Origin: Zymomonas mobilis subsp. mobilis ATCC 10988
GTDB taxonomy: Bacteria > Pseudomonadota > Alphaproteobacteria > Sphingomonadales > Sphingomonadaceae
Length of the DNA stretch: 32,000 nucleotides
Direction of reading: 5' to 3'
Assembly: GCF_000175255.2 (NCBI RefSeq)
Contig: NC_017262.1
Span: forward strand, 960,001 to 992,000
This document shows, in pieces, positions 9,273 through 16,331 of this stretch (positions within the stretch are counted from its first letter, which is position 1; every line of letters starts with the position of its first letter). The translations under genes were made by a program, and so were the position numbers. The notes beneath the pieces were generated by a model. That model was not told the origin of the DNA. It worked only from the letters and a program-made list of their open reading frames with translations, and did no database searches.

Positions 9273-10700
9273 TTACTGCGGCATAGGCTGTGTGTCCGAA
9301 ATATTTGGTTTAAGACAGGCCTTATGATTGATGAAGTCGAGATAGAGGCTTGCTTTGTCTAGGATAGATGTACTTATAATTATTACTGGCTTGCGCCTAT
9401 TATCTTCTTCGACAAGTGCCTTTATTTTTCCATAGTTTATTCCATCAATAAATAAATTTTCGTTATTCAAATAACCGACAATTTTAATCATTTTTTTATT
9501 TGAATTTACATCTTCTTCGAAAGATTGTTTTTTTTCTTCAGCTGTAAATTGGAGCTTAAAGGTTAATAAGTTGAATATGGTATTATCTTGAGTAAAGTCG
9601 ACGGCAACTAAATTAGTTTTGCCTTGCCAAGTAATCGGATATTTAAGGGCTTGGAAGTCGCCCGCTAACGCGCTGCCAAGGTGGATATCTTGTTGACAAT
9701 TGCAATTGATATCCTTGCCAAAGATCATCTGCTGTTTATCTATCTTGATTTTACCGAGCTTTTGTAAAATCATGAGTCCCAGATAGGCTTGGCTGACATT
9801 GGTGAAAAGGAAGGGAACGTTTTTTAAAACAGCCTTCCCAATTTTGAGCTCATCAACGATGCCGAGATCGCCGCTATAAAATTCAGATGCAGCATTGGTT
9901 GCTCTCTCAATATGTCCAACGATATGGACATGAGGGGAATGGCTCCATGCTTTGGGTAATTTGCCAATAGCTGCGCTGGTTTCCAAAAAGAAAGGAACTT
10001 CTTTCTCGTTTAGGGAGGCTATTACATAAGGGACATGTTCCGCATTACGCCTAAAGTTTTCTTTTATAGGAATTTGATACTGTAGTGGAATGCTTTGTTG
10101 GTACTCTATGTCTGTAATAGTAAAGGGTTGTATTGGGTTCGGGGAGACAGATAGTCCTCCCATCTTAACATCCGCAAGGGAGAATTGTTGTAATCCTGAG
10201 ATTTTTCGAACGGGTGGGTAATAGATATTTTTAATAAAATCGAGGCTTTTACCCCAATCTTTGAGATTACCGTCCAGAAAATAATTACCGGCTAAAATCT
10301 GTTTGCATACCATGCCTATGGCATTGATAGGCGGTAACGAAGCTGAGGTGTCTGGTTTTTGAAAGAAAGTCTTATCACAGATATCAAGTAATTTATTGGC
10401 GCTTTGATAGTCTCCTTTGATGCGGAGCTTGTTTATTTCAGCATATTGGCTGGCAAGATTATTGCTTTCCAGCGCATTGATGGCTTTGTCGATGAGAAGG
10501 CTGTCGCCCTCCAATACCCCTTCTTGTATTTCATCGCCACCCAGTCGAATTTCAATACCGTTTTTTAACGTTTCAGGTGTTTGTTGCTTGAGAAGTTCGA
10601 TGAGCCTTGGAGAGATAAGAGGCTTGTCAGCTTTCAATGGCGGTAGGCAAAAGCTGTTTAGAAGAAGGGCATAGAGAAGAAATCGGTATTTCTTAGACAT
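9273..10700 (-). CDS. Array unit 6, intact, 475 aa: secreted TPR-like plus double retropepsin-like family protein
   Basis: The signal peptide is MSKKYRFLLYALLLNSFCLPPLKA|DKP. The helical N-domain contains KGDYQSANKLLDICDKTFF and LAGNYFLDGNLKDWGKSL. The lobe-1-like segment reads ASLNEKEVPFFLETSAAIGKLP, then LKIGKAVLKNVPFLFTN and AYLGLMILQKLGKIKIDKQQMIF. The lobe-2-like segment reads YPITWQGKTNLVAVDFTQD, then LFIDGINYG and SILDKASLYLDFINHKACL. Confidence 0.85.
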   Translation of the reverse strand: MSKKYRFLLYALLLNSFCLPPLKADKPLISPRLIELLKQQTPETLKNGIEIRLGGDEIQEGVLEGDSLLIDKAINALESNNLASQYAEINKLRIKGDYQSANKLLDICDKTFFQKPDTSASLPPINAIGMVCKQILAGNYFLDGNLKDWGKSLDFIKNIYYPPVRKISGLQQFSLADVKMGGLSVSPNPIQPFTITDIEYQQSIPLQYQIPIKENFRRNAEHVPYVIASLNEKEVPFFLETSAAIGKLPKAWSHSPHVHIVGHIERATNAASEFYSGDLGIVDELKIGKAVLKNVPFLFTNVSQAYLGLMILQKLGKIKIDKQQMIFGKDINCNCQQDIHLGSALAGDFQALKYPITWQGKTNLVAVDFTQDNTIFNLLTFKLQFTAEEKKQSFEEDVNSNKKMIKIVGYLNNENLFIDGINYGKIKALVEEDNRRKPVIIISTSILDKASLYLDFINHKACLKPNISDTQPMPQ

Positions 10701-10754
10701 GACAGGCTTTCAATAAAACAAGTTGTGATAACGCGCTTCCCCCTTCTTTGATAT
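10701..10754 (-). repeat. Conserved 54-bp inter-unit spacer (unit 5 stop to unit 6 start)
   Basis: On the plus strand it reads gacaggctttcaataaaacaagttgtgataacgcgcttcccccttctttgatat. Confidence 0.9.
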
Positions 10755-12182
10755 TTACTGCGATATAGGCGTAGCATCCGAATTGTTCGGCTTGAGGCAG
10801 GCCTTGTGATTGATGAAGTCGAGATAGAGAGTGACTTTGTTGAGGATAAACAAGCCCATAATGGTAGCTGGATCTTGGATAGTATCTTTTGCAATAAACT
10901 CTTCTCTTACTCCATAATTGATCCCATCAATGGATAAGTCAGATTTTACAATGCGCCCTTGACTTAGAACAGTTTTGTTATTTTCTTTTGTGGGGAATTG
11001 GAATGTGGTTTCTTGTTCTTCTTTTGTGAAATCTGGTTTAAATGTCCATAGCGTAAAGTCGCTATTATCCTCAGTAAGGTCAATTGCGACTAGACTGGTT
11101 TTACCTTGCCACGTAATTGGGTATTTGAGGGTTTGGAAATCGCCCCCCAATGCGCTGCCAAGATGGATATCTTGCTGACAATTACAATTGATATCCTTGC
11201 CAAAGGTCATTTGCTGTTTATCTATTTTGATTTTACCTAATTTTTGTAAAATCATGAGCCCCAGATAGGCTTGGCTGACATCGGTAAAAAGGAAGGGAAC
11301 GTTCTTTAAAACAGCTTTTCCAATTTTGAGCTCATCAACGATGCCGAGATCGCCACTAAAAAATTCAGATGCAGCATTGGTTGATCTATCGAGATGTCCG
11401 ATAATATGGACATGAGGGGAATGACTCCATGCTTTGGGTAGTTTTCCAATAGCGGCACCGGTTTCTAAAAAGAAAGGCACCTCTTTCCCATTCAACGAAA
11501 CCATTGCGGAAGGAACATTTTCAGCAAAACGCCGATGATCTTCATGTATCGGAATTTTATATTGTAGTGGAATGCTTTGCTGGTGATCTATGTCTGTAAT
11601 GGTGAATGGGGGTATAGAATCCGGAGAAACGGACAACCTCCCCATTTCAATATCTGTAAGCGAGAACTGCTCTAATCCTGAAATTTTTCGGATGGGGGGA
11701 TAATAGACATTTCTAACAAAATGAAGAATTTTAGCCCAATCTTTCAGATTACCATCTAAGAAGTAATTACCTGCTAAAATTTGTTGGCATGTCATACCTA
11801 CGCCACTGATGGGTGGAAGTAAGTCGGGATCATAGGGTTTTTGAAAAAAAGTTTTACCGCAGATATCCAGCAGTTTATTGGCGTTTTGATAGTCGCCTTT
11901 GACGCGTAATTTATCTATTTTAGCATATTGGCTGACGAGATTATTGCCTTTTAGTGCATTGGCGGCTTTGTCGATGAGTAGGTCATCTCCCTCTAATACT
12001 CCCCTTTGCATTTCTTCGTCACCCGGTCGAATTTCAATACCATTTTTTAACGTTTCAGGTGTTTGTTGCTTGAGAAGTTCGATCAATTTTGGAGAAACGA
12101 GAGGCTTGTCAGCTTTTAATTCTGACAGAAGGACGCTGTTTAGAAGAAGGGGGTAGAGAAGAAATCGGTATTTCTTAGGCAT
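10755..12182 (-). CDS. Array unit 5, intact, 475 aa: same family
   Basis: It begins MPKKYRFLLYPLLLNSVLLSELKA|DKP. Lobe 1 reads VSLNGKEVPFFLETGAAIGKLP, with the Glu codon at 11463-11465. Lobe 2 reads VAIDLTED, with the Asp codon at 11079-11081. The C-terminus is TLYLDFINHKACLKPNNSDATPISQ. Confidence 0.85.
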   Translation of the reverse strand: MPKKYRFLLYPLLLNSVLLSELKADKPLVSPKLIELLKQQTPETLKNGIEIRPGDEEMQRGVLEGDDLLIDKAANALKGNNLVSQYAKIDKLRVKGDYQNANKLLDICGKTFFQKPYDPDLLPPISGVGMTCQQILAGNYFLDGNLKDWAKILHFVRNVYYPPIRKISGLEQFSLTDIEMGRLSVSPDSIPPFTITDIDHQQSIPLQYKIPIHEDHRRFAENVPSAMVSLNGKEVPFFLETGAAIGKLPKAWSHSPHVHIIGHLDRSTNAASEFFSGDLGIVDELKIGKAVLKNVPFLFTDVSQAYLGLMILQKLGKIKIDKQQMTFGKDINCNCQQDIHLGSALGGDFQTLKYPITWQGKTSLVAIDLTEDNSDFTLWTFKPDFTKEEQETTFQFPTKENNKTVLSQGRIVKSDLSIDGINYGVREEFIAKDTIQDPATIMGLFILNKVTLYLDFINHKACLKPNNSDATPISQ

Positions 12183-12236
12183 GACAGGCTTTCGATAAAA
12201 CGAGTTGTGATGACGCGCTTCCCCCTTCTCTGATAT
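12183..12236 (-). repeat. Conserved 54-bp inter-unit spacer (unit 4 stop to unit 5 start)
   Basis: On the plus strand it reads gacaggctttcgataaaacgagttgtgatgacgcgcttcccccttctctgatat. Confidence 0.9.
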
Positions 12237-13664
12237 TTACTGTGGCATAGGCTGTGTGTCCGATTCATCCGGCATGAGACAGGCCTTGTGATTGATGAAG
12301 TCGAGATAGAGGCTGCCTTTGTCTAGGACAAACGCGCCTATAATCGTTGAAGGATTACGTATCGTATCTTTTATGACTAATTCTTTCTTCTTACCATAAT
12401 CAATCCCGTCGATAGATAAGTTGGACTCTGTGAAATAAGCAGGGTTTTTTATTTTAGTGCCGTCAACATTATTTGTAACATCAAAAAAATGGTTCTGTTG
12501 GTTCTTTAAAAATTTATCTTTGAAGGTGAGTATATCATAATCAATATTATTTTGAGTTAAATCAATTGCAGCAAAATTACGTTTATTTTTCCAATAAAAT
12601 GGATATTTTAATACTTGATGATCCCCTTTAAAGGTGATTCCAAAATGAACATCTTGTTGACAGATACAATTAACGTCTTTGCCAAAAATCATTTTCTGTT
12701 TATCTATTTTAATTTTTCCTAGCTTTTGTAAAATCATGAGTCCCAGATAGGCCTGATTGACATTGGTAAAAAGGAAGGGAACGTTCTTTAGCGTGGCATT
12801 TCCTATTTTTAATTCTTCGACAATACCGAGCTCGCCGCTATAATTTTCAGAAGCGGCATTATCTGCGTTATTAATATGCCCGATGAGGTGGACATTGGAC
12901 GCATGGCTAAATTTAGTTGGTAATTTGCCAATAGCGGCACCAGTTTCTAGAAAGAAGGGAATATCTTCTTTGTTTAATGAGGCAATTATAGACGGCAGTT
13001 TTTCCGCATTCCGCCTATAAATTTCCTCTATCGGAATTTGAAACTGCAACGGAACTGATTGTTGTTGCTCTATTCCTGTAACGGTAAAGGGAGGGATAGA
13101 ATCTGGAGAAATTGTCAAATTCCCCATCTTTGTTACAGCAAGAGAAAATTTTTCAAGTCCTTTAAATTTTTGGATAGCTGGGTAGTAGACATTTTCAATA
13201 AGGTTGAGTTCTATGCCCCAGTTTTTAATATCTCCCTCTAAAAAATAATTCCCTATAAGCATTTGACTGCAAGTCAATAATATACCGTTAATAGGTGATA
13301 ATAGATCCTGTGCATTTTTGTCTTGAAAGAAATTTTTATTGCATATTTCCAGTTGTCTATTGGCTTCTTGAAAAGCACCTTTAGATTGATAGACTTCAAT
13401 CTCAGCAAAATTCTGAACGATATTCGTGCTTTCTTTCGAAGTAGCAATTTTTTGAATTAAGGATGTATCTCCTTCGAATAAGGCTTGTTGAAGCTCTTCG
13501 CCACTAGGACGTAATTCTATGCCTTCTTGAAGCATTTCTGGTTTATATTGCCTGAGAATCTCGATCAATTTTGGAGAGACAAGGGGCTTGTCAGCTTTTA
13601 ATTCTGGCAGAAGAAAACTGTTTAGAAGAAGGGGATAGAGAAGAAATCGGTATTTCTTAGGCAT
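12237..13664 (-). CDS. Array unit 4, intact, 475 aa: the most divergent full-length member
   Basis: It has the same architecture and exactly the same length as units 5 and 6, despite many substitutions. It begins MPKKYRFLLYPLLLNSFLLPELKA|DKP. It contains FFLETGAAIGKLPTKFSHASNVHLIGH, AYLGLMILQKLGKIKIDKQKMIF and AAIDLTQNN, and ends SLYLDFINHKACLMPDESDTQPMPQ. Confidence 0.85.
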   Translation of the reverse strand: MPKKYRFLLYPLLLNSFLLPELKADKPLVSPKLIEILRQYKPEMLQEGIELRPSGEELQQALFEGDTSLIQKIATSKESTNIVQNFAEIEVYQSKGAFQEANRQLEICNKNFFQDKNAQDLLSPINGILLTCSQMLIGNYFLEGDIKNWGIELNLIENVYYPAIQKFKGLEKFSLAVTKMGNLTISPDSIPPFTVTGIEQQQSVPLQFQIPIEEIYRRNAEKLPSIIASLNKEDIPFFLETGAAIGKLPTKFSHASNVHLIGHINNADNAASENYSGELGIVEELKIGNATLKNVPFLFTNVNQAYLGLMILQKLGKIKIDKQKMIFGKDVNCICQQDVHFGITFKGDHQVLKYPFYWKNKRNFAAIDLTQNNIDYDILTFKDKFLKNQQNHFFDVTNNVDGTKIKNPAYFTESNLSIDGIDYGKKKELVIKDTIRNPSTIIGAFVLDKGSLYLDFINHKACLMPDESDTQPMPQ

Positions 13665-13718
13665 GACAGGCTTTCGATAAAATGAGTTGTGATGACGCTC
13701 TTCCTCCTTCTTTGATAT
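13665..13718 (-). repeat. Conserved 54-bp inter-unit spacer (unit 3 remnant stop to unit 4 start)
   Basis: On the plus strand it reads gacaggctttcgataaaatgagttgtgatgacgctcttcctccttctttgatat. Confidence 0.9.
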
Positions 13719-14037
13719 TTACTGCGGTATGGGCTGTTCGTCCGAATTGTTCGGCTTGAGGCAGGCTTTGTGATTGATGAAGTCGAGATAGAGGTCAGCT
13801 TTTTCGAGGATGGATACCCCCATTGATCGAAACGGACGATGAACACTATCCTTTTTAAATAATTCTTTTGTTTTTCCATAATTGATACCATCAATTATGA
13901 GATTAACTTCTTTTTGGTAAATAGATTCCTCCTTTGACTTTGTATTTGGTAAATTTGTAGTAATTTCTCTAGATTTTTTTTCTTCTTCTGGCGTAAAATT
14001 ATGTTGGGAAATAATAATACTGACATCGTCGAGACTA
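13719..14037 (-). pseudogene. Array unit 3, a 3' remnant of ~106 codons; the rest is missing at the IS C junction
   Basis: It reads SLDDVSIIISQHNFTPEEEKKS, then LIIDGINYGKTKELFKKD, then SILEKADLYLDFINHKACLKPNNSDEQPIPQ. This aligns to about residue 370 onward of intact units. The 131-aa track ORF (13719-14114) borrows its N-terminus from IS sequence. Confidence 0.8.
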
Positions 14038-14884
14038 GGCTCAGGACTCATTCTTTGAGATAGAAGATGAAACTTGCTGCGATATGGATTGCTGACATGA
14101 ATGTGTGAGCGCACCGGTCGTATCGTGTTGCGACACGCCGCCAGTCTTTGAGCTTTGCGAACATATTTTCGATGAGGTGACGCTTTTTATACAGATGCCA
14201 GTCGTAAGGCGGCTTTGATTTCCGGTTCTTCTTCGGCGGAATACAGGCGGTGATATTCCGGTCTGCGAGAGACTGTCTGATTTTATTACTGTCGTATCCC
14301 CGGTCCCCGAGAATTTCTTGTGTTTCTTCCGGCAGATTTGCCAGCAGAACATCCGCGCCTTTGAAGTCACTGACCTGACCTGCGGTCAGATGCAGCCGGA
14401 CAGGGCGGCCCTGACTATCGCATACAGCGTGAAGCTTTGAGTTCAGTCCGCCTTTCGTGCGTCCGATATGGCGGGGAAAAGCCCCTTTTTGAGCAGGGAG
14501 GCCGCTGTCCGGTGTGCTTTCAGATGTGTTGCATCGATCATCAGACGCTTCGAACGGCCTGCCTGCTCCGTCAGGGCGACGAAGATCCGGTCAAAGACAC
14601 CCAGGCGGCTCCACCGGATAAACCGGTTGTATAAAGTCTTGTGCGGGCCATACGCTTTCGGGGCGTCTTTCCACTGAAGGCCGTTGCGGATCACGTAAAC
14701 GATCCCGCTCAGGACACGACGGTCATCGACACGCGGCACACCATGCGCCAGTGGAAAAAACGGCTTAATCCGTTCCATCTGGTGCTCAGACAGCAAAAAC
14801 ACGTCACTCACAGCTTCACCTCCATCGGTAAACCTGTGAATCACAACAGCCCGCTCAACTCAAGAAATTAACAGGTCCTGAGCC
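14038..14884 (-). mobile_element. Second IS5-family element (IS C), 847 bp; a different sequence from copies A and B
   Basis: The terminal inverted repeat is GGCTCAGGAC (14038-14047 and complement of 14875-14884). The flanks are gagacTA|IS|TAggttt. It carries OrfA/OrfB transposase frames. Confidence 0.85.
14048..14844 (-). CDS. IS5-family DDE transposase of IS C (OrfA 133 aa plus a -1 frame OrfB)
   Basis: OrfA contains LSEHQMERIKPFFP, IRNGLQWKDAPKAYGPHKTLYNRFIRWSRLGVF and IDATHLKAHRTAASLLKKG. My hand translation of the -1 frame from the A-run at 14482-14490 gives GAFPRHIGRTKGGLNSKLHAVCDSQGRPVRLHLTAGQVSD, then LGDRGYDSNKIRQ, then YKKRHLIENMFAKLKDWRRVATRYDR, ending at TGA (14048-14050). Confidence 0.8.
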
Positions 14885-16277
14885 TAGGTTTAAGACAGGC
14901 CTTGTGATTGATGAAGTCGAGATAGAGGCTGCCTTTGTCTAGGATCGACACGCCTATAACTTTAGCCGGGATATGTAATTCGTCTTTTTCTACAGATTTT
15001 AGTCTTTTGCCGTAGTCGATGCCATCAATGGAAAGATTACCATCCGTTAAATAAATAGAAGAAATTATTTTCTTTCCATTTATTTCGCGATCCATTTCAA
15101 AAGATTGTTTTTCCTCTTCGGGGGTGAAGTCAGGTTGGAAGACCATAAAACTAAGATGGGCATCAGTGAGTCTAAGATTAATGGCAGCCATCTCGGTCTT
15201 TCCTTGCCATGTGATTTGATATCTTAAAGCATGAAAACGGCCGTCAAATATGCTGCCAAGTTGGATGTCTTTCTGGCAGTGACAATCAATATCTTTTCCG
15301 AAAGTGAAATATTGCCGATCTATTTTTATTTTGCCTAATTTTTGAAGAACCATCAGGCTAAGGGACGCTTCATCTGTATTTGTAAACAGGAACGGGACAT
15401 TTTTTAGAATCGCCGTCCCGATTTTTAGCTCATCAACAATACCAAGATCGCCATTATAGGCTTCGCCACGTCCATTGGTCGCTATTTCAATATGTCCGAC
15501 GATATGGACGTGAGGCGAATGGCTTAAGGCTTTGGGTAAGAAACTAATTGCGGTATCTGTTCCTAAGAAAAATGAGAAATCGGTTCCGTTTAAAGATGCG
15601 GTTAAATAAGGGACATTCCAAGTAATACTTTTATTGCCTTCTTGAGTAAATTTTTGGGATTGTAGCGGCAGTGTTTGCTGCTGATCTATTCCGGTAACAG
15701 TGAAGGGGGGGATCTCACTGGGGGGAACTGAAAGGTTGCCCATTTTAATATCGAAAAGAGAAAATTGCTCTAATCCTGCAAATTTTCGGATGGGAGGGTA
15801 GTAAGTATTTTTGATGTCATCAATTTTTTTGCCCCAAGCAGCAAGATTGCCTTCAAGAAAATAATTTCCCGCCAAGAGCTGATCACAGATCATGGCACCC
15901 AGATTTATAGGCGAAAGATGTATCCCGCTGCCCTCCATAAAATAGGTTTTATGGCAAATCTTGAGCTGTCTATCCGCTTCTTTGAAGTCGCCTTTAGTTC
16001 TTAGTAGATCTGTGTTTATAAATTTCTTTTCAAAGTTGGTGCGTTTCGGATCATCGATCATTTTTTGGAGATGAAGGCTATCTCCTTCGTAAAGGGCTAA
16101 AGTACTTTCATCGCCACCAGGGGCGACCTTTAGCCCTTCCTTTAAAGTTTGAGGGCTTTGCTGCTTTAGAAAGTCAACCAATCTGGAAGAGGGAAGGCTC
16201 TTTGTTGCTTTTAATGGTGGCAGGAGAACGCTGTTTAGAAGAAGGGGGTAGAGAAGAGATCGGTATTTTTTGAACAT
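14868..16277 (-). CDS. Array unit 2: a near-copy of unit 1 with a family-type signal peptide; its 3' end is replaced by IS C sequence
   Basis: It begins MFKKYRSLLYPLLLNSVLLPPLKA|TKSLPSS. The start is taken at ATG 16277 by homology, whereas the track ORF starts 7 codons upstream. The interior is almost identical to unit 1. The C-terminus reads FINHKACLKP-RLRTC*, with the last 5 codons and the stop coming from inside IS C (end 14884) instead of NNSDATPIPQ. Confidence 0.7.
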   Translation of the reverse strand: MFKKYRSLLYPLLLNSVLLPPLKATKSLPSSRLVDFLKQQSPQTLKEGLKVAPGGDESTLALYEGDSLHLQKMIDDPKRTNFEKKFINTDLLRTKGDFKEADRQLKICHKTYFMEGSGIHLSPINLGAMICDQLLAGNYFLEGNLAAWGKKIDDIKNTYYPPIRKFAGLEQFSLFDIKMGNLSVPPSEIPPFTVTGIDQQQTLPLQSQKFTQEGNKSITWNVPYLTASLNGTDFSFFLGTDTAISFLPKALSHSPHVHIVGHIEIATNGRGEAYNGDLGIVDELKIGTAILKNVPFLFTNTDEASLSLMVLQKLGKIKIDRQYFTFGKDIDCHCQKDIQLGSIFDGRFHALRYQITWQGKTEMAAINLRLTDAHLSFMVFQPDFTPEEEKQSFEMDREINGKKIISSIYLTDGNLSIDGIDYGKRLKSVEKDELHIPAKVIGVSILDKGSLYLDFINHKACLKPRLRTC

Positions 16278-16331
16278 AAAAGGCTTTCGATAAAACAAGT
16301 TGTGATGACGCTCTTCCCCCTTCTTTGATAT
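16278..16331 (-). repeat. Conserved 54-bp inter-unit spacer (unit 1 stop to unit 2 start)
   Basis: On the plus strand it reads aaaaggctttcgataaaacaagttgtgatgacgctcttcccccttctttgatat. Confidence 0.9.

Noticed and set aside
8132-12156. There are conserved plus-strand ORFs antisense to the 5' ends of array units, all ending in ...RGLSAFNGGRKKLFRRRG. They lie at 6595-6858, 8132-8341, 10417-10674 and 11899-12156.
   Set aside because: They are mirror images of the conserved signal-peptide and N-domain coding sequence on the minus strand. Their conservation follows from that of the real genes, and they have no independent start or RBS context.
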